Source: a virus (Duplodnaviria; Caudoviricetes). Taken from it: a DNA stretch of 64,000 bases. Below are positions 1 to 9,603 of this stretch, piece after piece. The stretch lies in the IMG/VR virus record IMGVR_UViG_3300027819_000009, positions 10,658 through 74,657 of that record. One strand, given 5' to 3'. Numbering within the stretch: position 1 is the first letter of the stretch; each line of letters starts with the position of its first letter. The notes beneath the pieces are model-generated. The model was given only the letters and a program-made list of their open reading frames with translations, was not told where the DNA came from and did no database searches. The position numbers and the translations under genes were made by a program.

Positions 1-276
1 GTAAAACTGGAGCGACTGCACGATATAACCGAAGAAGGAGCCATTGCGGAGGGGATAGAGCCTTGGGGATCCATTCAAGGTGCATACTTTAGAAACTACT
101 CTAAAAATGCCACCACGTATATTAAACATCCAAATCACGAGTCGCCAGCCTTAAACAGCCCAATTAAAAGCTATAAGTCCCTATGGGATAAAATAAACGG
201 CGCAGGATCGTGGGAAAGCAATCCTTACATCTGGGTTATTAAATTTACTAAAATAGAAAATTATGGGAATGTTTAG
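1..276 (+). CDS. 5'-truncated phage protein, ASCH-like 'ERLxDIxEEDAIAEG...W..NPWVWVI' family
   Basis: Manual translation of frame 1: VKLERLHDITEEGAIAEGIE...LWDKINGAGSWESNPYIWVIKF, stop TAG at 274-276; not in ORF track. Confidence 0.7.
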   Translation, partial: VKLERLHDITEEGAIAEGIEPWGSIQGAYFRNYSKNATTYIKHPNHESPALNSPIKSYKSLWDKINGAGSWESNPYIWVIKFTKIENYGNV

Positions 277-472
277 CGAAATACACGCAGATGGACAATG
301 TAAATCCTACGAGGATATCTTATTGAAAGCCATCGAGACACAAAATGCTGATATAATTAACTTTTGTAAGTTGGTTATTTATCCTAAATACAAATGGGAT
401 TTAGGAGAGGCTTTTAGGGAAGAAGATGAGACAATTAAAAAATGGTTTGCAGATAAATAAAAATAGAAAATT

Positions 473-640
473 ATGGCGGATAATAAAAGTAGTGGTGAGG
501 GTTGTTTTATATGGATTGTTGTTATCCTTATAGGCATGCACTCCTGTGGCGGAAAAGACAATGACGTTTTAACTAAGGAAGTGAATAGCTTAAAAAAAAG
601 AATTGATAAATTAGAGAATTATGGCAAAGAAACGAAATAA
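473..640 (+). CDS. Small putative lipoprotein (55 aa)
   Basis: Manual translation MADNKSSGEGCFIWIVVILIGMHSCGGKD...; hydrophobic stretch then SC lipobox-like site and short coiled coil. Confidence 0.5.
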   Translation: MADNKSSGEGCFIWIVVILIGMHSCGGKDNDVLTKEVNSLKKRIDKLENYGKETK

Positions 641-980
641 ACCATGTTGTCCCCAATGTAATCGGTTTGGTAAAGTATATAGAACTTCTTTATTTACCCA
701 ATTGAATCAGCCGAAATCATGGGCTTGCCGTAAATGCGGAATTTGGTTTGTAGGAAATTATGAAAAATAGAATAGTAGATTTAATAGTGATATTGATAGG
801 GGGATTATACGGTTATTTATATAATCATATTATTTGGGATTACACCCTGATGGGATTGCTTTGTGGATTTTCACTAATTTTCACAATAAGATTATTAAGT
901 TATATTCTTGAAGAATGCGAATAAACAGATAAACACGTGAGGAAAGATAGATTACCGCTAATGCTAAAAACAATATAAAT

Positions 981-1613
981 ATGGAAATGGGATCTAAAAA
1001 GTATGCTGGAAAAATAAACATGTGTTCCGCTGAAGAATTAGGCGAGGATATATTAAGTGTTTTTTCAGCCAAAGAATTAAAAGATTTAGCAGAAAAAAGG
1101 ATTATACCTTATTACGAAGTAGTGAACCCATTAACATTGGAGGTAAAAATATTTTTTAAAAACCACGAATTAAGGGAATGGATCAAAGAAAAATGCACTA
1201 ATAGAAAGATTTCTGTCTACGAGCCGGTTTATAACTTTTTTTCTCCTGATGGGGAACAAATAAACGAATCTACTTGTGTATTTCCAAAAGAACTATCGGC
1301 TGTTAAAAACCTAAGAAGGCTTAGTTTAAATGCCGTTTATACGATGCCTGGAATTTATTTTTTATGTTTAAATGGTAAAATTCAATATATAGGTCAGGCG
1401 GTTTGCGTTATATCTAGGGTAAAAAATCACGAGGATAATCCGCATAAAGAATTTGACTCTTGCTTTTTTATTACCGTTCAAAAAGAATCTTTATTTGAAA
1501 TTGAAAAAGCACTTATAAAGTTTTATCAGCCCCCTTTGAATCAGAAAGAAAAATGCATGAAGTCGCAAACAGAAGAACATAGACAAATAATTAAAGATTT
1601 AATAATACAATAA
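981..1613 (+). CDS. GIY-YIG domain protein
   Basis: GIYFLCLNGKIQYIGQA...RVKNH...E(K)ALIKFYQPPLN in the C-terminal half. Confidence 0.7.
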   Translation: MEMGSKKYAGKINMCSAEELGEDILSVFSAKELKDLAEKRIIPYYEVVNPLTLEVKIFFKNHELREWIKEKCTNRKISVYEPVYNFFSPDGEQINESTCVFPKELSAVKNLRRLSLNAVYTMPGIYFLCLNGKIQYIGQAVCVISRVKNHEDNPHKEFDSCFFITVQKESLFEIEKALIKFYQPPLNQKEKCMKSQTEEHRQIIKDLIIQ

Positions 1614-1614
1614 C

Positions 1615-1830
1615 ATGGCAAACACACCAAAAGAGAAGGCAGAAGAATTAGTTAAATTGTTTAAATTTACAAACGACGGAGATAGATTTAAGAACGACAA
1701 GGACTGCGCATTAATTTGCGCCAATGAATTGCAGTTGTATGCCGGAGGAATGGTATGTGCCATAAATGGCAAAAAGGTTTTAATGTACGATTACTTTGAA
1801 GAGGTAAAAAACGAAATAGAGAAGCTATGA
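1615..1830 (+). CDS. Small phage protein (PKEKAEELV...EEVKNEIEKL family)
   Basis: Paralogous to 61313..61594 and 61591..61827. Confidence 0.55.
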   Translation: MANTPKEKAEELVKLFKFTNDGDRFKNDKDCALICANELQLYAGGMVCAINGKKVLMYDYFEEVKNEIEKL

Positions 1831-2936
1831 AAACACCAATACAGGAATTGATCGACGAGATGCAGAAGCATTACGAATGGCAGCACACTACTTTTCAGGA
1901 GAAAGCCGGAATAGCAATTTGCATGAGTTTTTGCATGAAGAAACTCGCTAACGAAAAGAGAACTATTATTAGCGCTTATCAAGAAGGCTATAAGCAATCT
2001 ATAATAGATAACATCAACACAGAAACAGGACAAGAATCAGAAGAAAAATATCCAGAGCAATATTATAATGATACATTTAAAAACACCCAACCATGAAAAA
2101 ACTAAAATGGGAATTTCAGAAAGAGAGCAAACACTGGTGCGCAGAATACAGGACACCCGATGCCGATTTTAGGATTTCGGTATATGAGTATCTAAAAAAG
2201 AAAGAGTACAGCCTTGAGGTAATGGGGCATCATATATGTGCCTTTAAAAAACTAAACAATGCCAAAAAAGTGGCACAACTAATAAATAACGGATAATATG
2301 ACAACTAAAAAGAAGAAGAAGGGCAAGGGCGGGCCTAAAAAGAAGCCACACGGACTTTTAAAGAGCCGGATAGTACTCTTTATCGAAAACAACAAAATAG
2401 CAGAACGTGGCGGAGAAGAAGCCATTAAAACGTATATCTACTCCCAACTGTAATGAATAAGATAATACCAATAATCGCAGTTTTACTCATAACATTTGGG
2501 CTTGTTATGATTGGATCCATATTTGTCCCCCCAACTTTAACTTGCCAAATAGCATGGTTTTTATGTTGTTTGGCAGTCGGACTTTTTGTAAGAAAGATAA
2601 TAGACAGATTATAAATAAATCAACACAACTTTATGATACAGCCAATCTTACACCGATTTGAATTATACCTTGTTAATTATCTGTACAAGCAGAGCTTTCA
2701 TAGGTTCGGCAGGATAAACAAGATAAAGCGGAAGATAATCTTCGGTTGGTTCGAGTGGAGCCTATTCCAATCCTTTCATTCCCCCAAAGAATGGCTCGTT
2801 TTCTCCATCCTAATACGCTGTTACGGCTATAAGGCATACGAGGAGCAACTTTGCCCATTTCGGCCACTGAAGCAAAAAATAAGCCATACTTGGGGTGAGA
2901 TTCAGGATATCATCCGAGATGCTAAAAAGGTAGGCA

Positions 2937-3176
2937 TTAGGCCTCGCCTTTCGGAGTTATCGAAGGAATCTCCTTTAAACGAGTAGTATCCTTATTAACA
3001 GCCCCGCACAAGTCACAAACTAGCACCGGCTCTTGGTGAAATATATCAGCCACGCTTCCCGCCATAAGTCCTGGTATTCGCTTTAATAATATCTTCGGAA
3101 CGTAAAAAGGATTTCCACATTCGCATATTACGAAAGGAACGGTATTTAAATCTACTGTAATTTTTTTCTCTTCCAT
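2937..3176 (-). CDS. Small zinc-ribbon protein
   Basis: CECGN...CDLCG cysteine pairs. Confidence 0.5.
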   Translation of the reverse strand: MEEKKITVDLNTVPFVICECGNPFYVPKILLKRIPGLMAGSVADIFHQEPVLVCDLCGAVNKDTTRLKEIPSITPKGEA

Positions 3177-3244
3177 GATTTATTATTGTTAAATAAGATA
3201 ATTACAAACTTAAAACAATTATCTTGTAATTCAAAAAAATAGGT

Positions 3245-3252
3245 TAAATTTG
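3245..3252 (+). promoter_or_regulatory. Bacteroidota-type -7 promoter element (TAAATTTG)
   Basis: Matches TAnnTTTG just upstream of the 3271 operon. Confidence 0.55.
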
Positions 3253-3270
3253 TAGCAATATTTATCAAAA

Positions 3271-3603
3271 ATGCAAGAGACGGAAGCGCCAACCAAAACA
3301 GCCGATAAACTACTGATAATAATCTGCAATCGCTTACATATTAAAAAAGAATACCTGAAAACAGAAACTACCCTTGAAGAACTCGGCCTTCGTACTTGGG
3401 AAAAAGAAGATTTGATTTGTAAAATAGCAGAGTCCTTTCTTATACCAATTGATGGCAAACTTTTGAATTTAAATGTAAATGGCACGTATTTAAAGGACAC
3501 GTTTCAGGGGCATTTAAGAAGAATTAAAACAATATGGAATGTGTTGCAGTTTATTGAAAGTAACGATGGATGGAATGGAAAGCCAGCAGCTTATAATATT
3601 TAA
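3271..3603 (+). CDS. Degenerate acyl-carrier-protein-like protein
   Basis: ETTLEELGLRTWEKEDLICKIAESFLIPI aligns with ACP helix II region but lacks the DSL serine. Confidence 0.5.
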   Translation: MQETEAPTKTADKLLIIICNRLHIKKEYLKTETTLEELGLRTWEKEDLICKIAESFLIPIDGKLLNLNVNGTYLKDTFQGHLRRIKTIWNVLQFIESNDGWNGKPAAYNI

Positions 3604-3612
3604 ATTACGATT

Positions 3613-3729
3613 ATGGCAAAGAAAAAGGAAATAAAAAAGGAAAAGGTAAACAAAGAGGACATTGTTCAGTTTGTTAAAAAACTTTTAAAGAAAAACGGGC
3701 CAGCGTTCAGTAAACTAGCACATGAATAA
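3613..3729 (+). CDS. 38-aa putative Doc antitoxin peptide
   Basis: Manual translation MAKKKEIKKEKVNKEDIVQFVKKLLKKNGPAFSKLAHE; overlaps the doc start by 8 nt. Confidence 0.55.
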   Translation: MAKKKEIKKEKVNKEDIVQFVKKLLKKNGPAFSKLAHE

Positions 3730-4126
3730 GAAACGAATTTATCTATATGAGTTCATTGTTCTTTTTGATGCCTTAGTTGCCGGTCAAAAGAAAAACAACG
3801 AGCCGCTCCCAGAAATGTCTAAAAGTAATCTGGATAAAGTGGATAGTTGTTTAAAAACACCGTTTATGACTTTTGATGGCGAGGATTTGTACCCAACCGT
3901 TTATGATAAGGCCGCAATCCTTTTTTATGTTCTAATAAAAAACCACCCATTAAAAAACGGAAACAAAAGGATGGCTTATACGGCACTTTCGTATTTTTTA
4001 AACAAGCACAAGATAGACCTCGATTTAACAAACGACGAGGTTTATAAGTTTACAAAGAAAGTTGCATCTTCGGACGCATCTAGGAAAGATGCAATTATAA
4101 GCTACATTAAAAAGACTATAAAGTAA
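3722..4126 (+). CDS. doc: Death-on-curing (Doc/Fic) family toxin
   Basis: KNHPLKNGNKRMA motif; PTVYDKAAILFY; 134 aa. Confidence 0.85.
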   Translation: MNKKRIYLYEFIVLFDALVAGQKKNNEPLPEMSKSNLDKVDSCLKTPFMTFDGEDLYPTVYDKAAILFYVLIKNHPLKNGNKRMAYTALSYFLNKHKIDLDLTNDEVYKFTKKVASSDASRKDAIISYIKKTIK

Positions 4127-4374
4127 TGGCAAGAGACTTAGTTAAAATAAACATTCAAATTGATGCGAAGGACGACAAAACAATATCTGTTGTTCTTAAA
4201 ATTAACGACGCACAGGATAGCAAGGAGCTTTTTAATGGGAAGTTAAATTACGAAAACAAAGACTTGGCAGACATCTTCGAAAAACTTGATGATTTAATTG
4301 AAGCAACACTATCCTCTTACGGAGACAAATACGGGAGTTAAAAAATGGTCACTAACTTAAAACGAATTATAATT

Positions 4375-4608
4375 ATGGAACAATCAGACAAGGCACAGAG
4401 AGTATTAGCGATTATATCAGCAAAGGCAGATTGCGAAGTTGAAGAGCTGAAGCCTGAAAACACGTGGGCGGAAATCGGATTAGACTCATTGGATACTTTT
4501 GAGCTAGTCATGGATCTTGAAAAGGAATTCTTTATCTCAATCCCAGACGAAGACATCCACAACTTCATGACAGTCGGCGATGCAATCAAATACGTAGAGG
4601 CACACTAA
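4375..4608 (+). CDS. acpP: Acyl carrier protein
   Basis: EIGLDSLDTFELVMDLEKEFFISIPDED...TVGDAIKYVE with intact DSL phosphopantetheine site; start taken at MEQSDK. Confidence 0.93.
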   Translation: MEQSDKAQRVLAIISAKADCEVEELKPENTWAEIGLDSLDTFELVMDLEKEFFISIPDEDIHNFMTVGDAIKYVEAH

Positions 4609-4609
4609 C

Positions 4610-6283
4610 ATGAAAAAGGAAGAATATGCATATATTGGCTTCTTTAAAGATAGGTATTTAATATCCACTCAAAGAATACTACTTTCTGAATTAGGAGAGG
4701 ATGCTCATGCTAAATTATCTGATTACGCATTAGATAACGGATACGAAATAAAAACCATATACAAAGAATTGTATCACAATCATTCTCCATTCGACAAGTA
4801 CTCACTTACTGATTTGGAAGAATATTATAAAAACAAACAATCTAAACAAAAAACCAACAACATGAAAAACTATTACACCCAAATAGGGAACATTATAAAA
4901 GAAGGCGGATCGGAGTTCGAAATAGTCGGACACAAACCAGCTGGACTAATCATAAAGAAGAAATCTAGCATCGAAAAAGACCTGCCAGAACACGAATTAT
5001 CCTTTACAGAGCTTCCTGAATTAATGGCAAGTAAAAAAATCATCGTTTCAAAATGCGAAAACGATATTCTTTGCGATTTGCCTTATGAAAACGAGAGAGA
5101 TAAAATATTGCTTCAAAATGAAATTACAGCAATCGAATTATCGCACAAAAACAAAAGCCTATCTGGTAAAAACGAAGAACTTACATTATCTAAGATTAGT
5201 AAATCTGGCAAAACAGCAAAACTAAAGCATGATTTAAAAGAAAAGGATAAGGCTGTCTCCGAAACAATGGCTGGAGTAGAGGCAATGTTTAAAAATGAAC
5301 TTGCCGATTCTCTTACAAATCAAATACTTGTAAACGGAAAAGATAAATGGAGAATTGAATCAGCCGAAGGAACTGGAACAAAAACAATTAACTTTAAAGC
5401 AATATCGCAAACAGGATCAGAACACTACGGCAACTGGTCAGATAATGAGGTGAGAAGTTTATTGAATGGAGGAAAAGTTGCTGGCTGGAAAGTTTTAGAA
5501 GATAAAAAATTAAGCCGTCCAGAACACATACACAAATTAGTTGATGAATTCGCTAAATTCCCAACATGGCAATCTTCTGGTTTAAGCCAAATAACTCCTG
5601 GTAAATACGAAAAGTTTATTAATGACTTAATCAACAGTACAAACGAATTCACAGATGCTGAGGATTTAGAGAACTTCGTAATGACTAAAATGGATCTTAA
5701 AAAATACGGAGCGGAAGAATCCCCAATTACAAAGCGTAAAAAAGTATCTGTTAAAACCAAAAACTCGAAATGGGATGATAAACTAAATACATTCCTTAAA
5801 AAGTTTCCTAATGACGCAAAAGAATGGGATAAGGCAACCGACGAAATAAGAGATGTTGCCAAACTAATAAGAGATGCTTACAACGAGCAGGTTCTTAATG
5901 TTTTAGAAAACGAAGATGGATATATTAAAGGATTAGAATTTAGAGATTTTAAAACTCCATCACAATGGAATACAGAGGCTAAAAAACAAATACTACATCT
6001 TTGGATTTTGTTGCCAGAAAACGTAAAGAAGAACGTAATTGAAAGTAGAGAAGAATGGTTTGAATCCGAAACAAAAAAAGCAAAGTCTCTAGGAAAAACA
6101 GGCTTCAGGCAACAGGCAAAGGAGAAAAATAAAGGTAAGAAGTCTCCGAAGCGTGGAACTACTACATTATCCGAACGCAAATACATAAGAGCAAACGACA
6201 AGGAGTTTAAAGCACTTAAAGATGCTTACCCTGATTTGACGTACAAACAATTAATAGCCAAGCATAAAAAAACAACTAAATAA
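4610..6283 (+). CDS. Large K/E-rich hypothetical protein
   Basis: 557-aa ORF, basic C-terminus, no recognised motif. Confidence 0.6.
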   Translation: MKKEEYAYIGFFKDRYLISTQRILLSELGEDAHAKLSDYALDNGYEIKTIYKELYHNHSPFDKYSLTDLEEYYKNKQSKQKTNNMKNYYTQIGNIIKEGGSEFEIVGHKPAGLIIKKKSSIEKDLPEHELSFTELPELMASKKIIVSKCENDILCDLPYENERDKILLQNEITAIELSHKNKSLSGKNEELTLSKISKSGKTAKLKHDLKEKDKAVSETMAGVEAMFKNELADSLTNQILVNGKDKWRIESAEGTGTKTINFKAISQTGSEHYGNWSDNEVRSLLNGGKVAGWKVLEDKKLSRPEHIHKLVDEFAKFPTWQSSGLSQITPGKYEKFINDLINSTNEFTDAEDLENFVMTKMDLKKYGAEESPITKRKKVSVKTKNSKWDDKLNTFLKKFPNDAKEWDKATDEIRDVAKLIRDAYNEQVLNVLENEDGYIKGLEFRDFKTPSQWNTEAKKQILHLWILLPENVKKNVIESREEWFESETKKAKSLGKTGFRQQAKEKNKGKKSPKRGTTTLSERKYIRANDKEFKALKDAYPDLTYKQLIAKHKKTTK

Positions 6284-6285
6284 TC

Positions 6286-6591
6286 ATGGCACTAACGAAA
6301 GAAGAGAAAGTTATCCGCCTCAAAAGAGGAATAGCAAGTTCTGAAACATCAGAAGCACTAAGAAAGATTATGCAGGCAGACCTCGACGAATTACTCAATC
6401 CTGAGCCAGTTTACGTAGCTCCTGTAGTAAAAGCAAAACCCGCAGTTAAAAAAGCTGTTAAGGTAAAAGTAGAGCCTGTCGTGGAAGTAAAAGCACCAGA
6501 GCCACCAGCCCTAACCCAAGAGGAGAAAGATGAACAGTTGGCCAGATTAAAGGCTAAGTCGGCCAAAAAAAGAGAAAAACAAGAAGATTAA
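6286..6591 (+). CDS. K/A/V/P-rich hypothetical protein
   Basis: KAKPAVKKAVKVKVEP low-complexity linker. Confidence 0.55.
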   Translation: MALTKEEKVIRLKRGIASSETSEALRKIMQADLDELLNPEPVYVAPVVKAKPAVKKAVKVKVEPVVEVKAPEPPALTQEEKDEQLARLKAKSAKKREKQED

Positions 6592-6621
6592 TTTAATAAC
6601 CATATAAAAAAACCAAACATC

Positions 6622-7011
6622 ATGGCAGAAACAAAAACAACAGTTACTTTTCCGCATCAGGATTTGATTAACGACAACAAGGTAAACGTATCTGAGTTAC
6701 CACAAAAAGTACAAGACAAAATCGCAAAGTTCTCTTCGCTAACCGAGAAAGAAAGTCAAGAGGCGATGGATGAGAGTATCTACGGATCAGTTGAAGATTT
6801 CTTAGAAGCTAAAGCAAAGGCTGAAAAAGCAAACAAAACAAAAGCCAACATTGCCGAGCATAAAAAGAAAAAAGCCGGCATAGACGTGAGTTCAGCAAAT
6901 ACGGCAAAAACCCCCGAAGAATTAGCAAAGGAAGAAGAAGCCGCTCGTAAAGCAGCCGATGCCGCAAAACCTCGCACAGTTTTTAACGCTATTTATCCAG
7001 GACGTAAATAA
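6622..7011 (+). CDS. K/A/E-rich hypothetical protein
   Basis: 129-aa ORF in tight operon. Confidence 0.55.
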   Translation: MAETKTTVTFPHQDLINDNKVNVSELPQKVQDKIAKFSSLTEKESQEAMDESIYGSVEDFLEAKAKAEKANKTKANIAEHKKKKAGIDVSSANTAKTPEELAKEEEAARKAADAAKPRTVFNAIYPGRK

Positions 7012-7024
7012 GTAAAATTATCTT

Positions 7025-8074
7025 ATGGGGGACTTAAAGCCGCAGGATACAGATTTATCATCGACAGAGCCGGTTACAAAGCGTAAACAGGGCAATCCTA
7101 ATCTTAAAAAAGGAGTTAAGAACCCATATTATGCATCAGATAAAAACGCACCTCAAGAACAAAAAAACATGGCAGACGAAAAAGTAGAAGAAGTAAAAGC
7201 AGAAGTTGTAAAAGATACAAGCACAAGTTCTGATGTTTCAGGCGAGAAAAAGGTAATCCCAGACGATACGTTCTCGGACGTTATTCCTGTAGAGGAAACG
7301 CTCCCTTTGGATGGAGAGGTTAAGGTAAAGGATTATGCTACCCTTCAGGATACAACTGCCCCCAAAACAGACGGAGGCGGAACTGGAGGCAATAACAACC
7401 CTCCTCCTCCTCCTCCTAATGCAGACGGCACAACAACTCCTCCGCCAGATCCAAACAATCCGAATCCTACAGCCACCCCAATGCCAGGAGGAGATGTTAA
7501 AACTCCGGAACAAGTAAGGACAGAGGCCGAGCAATTCGTAAAGCTCCTAATAAGAGGCTATGATAAACTTCATGGCGTAATGCGCTGGTATGCTAAAGTT
7601 GATCCAAACGATTTAATGCTAATGCACGAAAAGCGCAAAATCAACCTGGATTACAATTTACCTTTAGGAACCGGAGTTATTGGCCTACGTAAGTTCTTTG
7701 CCGACTATAATTTACAAATAGAGGATGACATCAAGGTATCCGATGATTTTAAAAAGGAAATCGAGCCGCCACTTACACGCATCGCTATTAAAAAAGGATG
7801 GGGATTAGGCGATGAAGGAACCGTTCTTTTATTGCTTTCTGAAGATTTAGGAACTAAAGTAGCTCTTTTATACGGCCTTAAAAAGACCTGTAACATGGTT
7901 TTAGAAAGCTGTATGGCTATAATGAAGAGCCAAAACGAGAGAGCAGATAAAAAAGATAAAGCAAAGAGTGATGATACTGCCGGCACAAATGCCACCGATT
8001 TAAACACAACCGGAAACGAGTGGAGAGAATCTTTAAATAATAACGGAGTTCAGGAAGCTGAAGAGGTAAAATAA
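7025..8074 (+). CDS. Hypothetical protein with Pro/Gly/Asn-rich linker
   Basis: GGGTGGNNNPPPPPPNADG linker between an acidic N-terminus and a helical C-terminal domain. Confidence 0.65.
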   Translation: MGDLKPQDTDLSSTEPVTKRKQGNPNLKKGVKNPYYASDKNAPQEQKNMADEKVEEVKAEVVKDTSTSSDVSGEKKVIPDDTFSDVIPVEETLPLDGEVKVKDYATLQDTTAPKTDGGGTGGNNNPPPPPPNADGTTTPPPDPNNPNPTATPMPGGDVKTPEQVRTEAEQFVKLLIRGYDKLHGVMRWYAKVDPNDLMLMHEKRKINLDYNLPLGTGVIGLRKFFADYNLQIEDDIKVSDDFKKEIEPPLTRIAIKKGWGLGDEGTVLLLLSEDLGTKVALLYGLKKTCNMVLESCMAIMKSQNERADKKDKAKSDDTAGTNATDLNTTGNEWRESLNNNGVQEAEEVK

Positions 8075-8096
8075 AAAGTAAACTTTAACAAACTTG

Positions 8097-8129
8097 AAAG
8101 CCCCGATTATTAGTCGGGGCTCTCTTCTT
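8097..8129. terminator. Intrinsic terminator between convergent operons
   Basis: AGCCCCGA-TTATTAG-TCGGGGCT hairpin with flanking A/T runs. Confidence 0.7.
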
Positions 8130-8521
8130 CCTATCGTTCCCATCCGCATACTTCCTATCAGCTACATAACGGCAGAAGTATAAAAGAGCCGGTTATACTA
8201 AGACTTGCTCGGACTTTATCGGGAACTCACGTGCATTACTTTAAAAGAGCCTTTGCTGCTTCAATTTTTGCAGGATGTTCATTATAATCCTTAATAGTAT
8301 TACCTACACTTCCTACGTTTCCAGATCCCATTGCCGCAACGATATCTTTGTTTTTTAGTAAACAAATCTCGTGCAATAACCAAATCTTAACGTGCTTGTG
8401 ACTTGTTAGCTCAAGGATTTGTTTCTTTTTTGCCTCTAATTCAGCATTCACTTCTGTTGTTACTTCTTGTTCATCAGCCATGATTTTTAGTTTTTAAGGT
8501 TTATATTTAATTGTTAATTAT

Positions 8522-9205
8522 TTATTCAAATTGCATTGTTGGGGCAGAGGCCTTGTTTGTAACTCTTTTTGTTGCCTCCGCATAATATACAGGATCTATT
8601 TCAAACCCTATAAATTGCCGGTTACAATTCAAAGCCGCCATCGCTGTAGTTCCGCTTCCCATGTACGGATCCAAAACTATATCGCCAGGCTTTGTACTTT
8701 TAAGCATCGGCCATTCCATTGCGGACATCGGCTTTTGAGTAGGATGTACATATTCCGCTCCAGCATCCTTCCGGAGCTTCCAAATGGCCCCAGAACGGGG
8801 ACTGTTTAAAATATGGCGCCCTTTTACGGCAAAGATGCATATTTCGAAGTCTACAGCAAATGCCCCTTCCAAATCGCCCATTCCGCCTCCGCCCTTACTC
8901 CAGATGCACATATTTTTTACATCAAAATGTTTTGCTATTTCAGCAACCCACTGTGGGTAAACGTGCCATGAGGTATAAATATAGCAAGCCGAATTAGGCT
9001 TTAGAACTCGGTAAAATTCGGAGAGTATTTCGAAGTCGGCCTCCCCATCGCCGGCAATTACATCAAACTTATCCTTCCGCAGACCGCTTTGGTAATTTAC
9101 GCCGTATGGAGGATCTGTTGAAATTACATCGATGCACTCATCTGGAAGCTGTTTAATAAGCTCCCTAGAATCCCCAAGGGTTATTTTGTTTATAAACTGT
9201 TCCAT
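8522..9205 (-). CDS. DNA methyltransferase (beta class, N6A/N4C)
   Basis: DPPY, HPTQKP and VLDPYMGSGTT motifs. Confidence 0.93.
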   Translation of the reverse strand: MEQFINKITLGDSRELIKQLPDECIDVISTDPPYGVNYQSGLRKDKFDVIAGDGEADFEILSEFYRVLKPNSACYIYTSWHVYPQWVAEIAKHFDVKNMCIWSKGGGGMGDLEGAFAVDFEICIFAVKGRHILNSPRSGAIWKLRKDAGAEYVHPTQKPMSAMEWPMLKSTKPGDIVLDPYMGSGTTAMAALNCNRQFIGFEIDPVYYAEATKRVTNKASAPTMQFE

Positions 9206-9603
9206 TATAACTCCGATTTTAATTGGTTTAAAGTCCCCCAGTTCATTAAGTCATCAAATTCCTTTATCCCCATCCGAACCCACTGGGCAAACTTCTCCTT
9301 TTTACGAGCCGTTGCAAGCTCATCCTGTTTTTCAGAATCCGGCTCAAAAGCAAACTTAGAATAAAAAGAATCTCCAATTTTAACTTGCCCTATTTCATAA
9401 ATAAGCCCACAGTCCAATAAATTACTTATAGAAGGAGTCAATGACTGATGCGCCATAGCCAAAGCCGTCCGCATCTCATGAACCGTAGTTCCATTGTTTC
9501 TAAATATAAAATCCAAAACCTCCATCTGATTGCCTCGGATATTTCCTTCTTGTAATTGGACAAGATAAGTCCTTATTTTTGCCTTGCGATTTTCGTTATT
9601 CAT
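9205..9603 (-). CDS. Winged-helix DNA-binding protein
   Basis: TTVHEMRTALAMAHQSLTPSISNLLDCGLI HTH-wing pattern. Confidence 0.55.
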   Translation of the reverse strand: MNNENRKAKIRTYLVQLQEGNIRGNQMEVLDFIFRNNGTTVHEMRTALAMAHQSLTPSISNLLDCGLIYEIGQVKIGDSFYSKFAFEPDSEKQDELATARKKEKFAQWVRMGIKEFDDLMNWGTLNQLKSEL

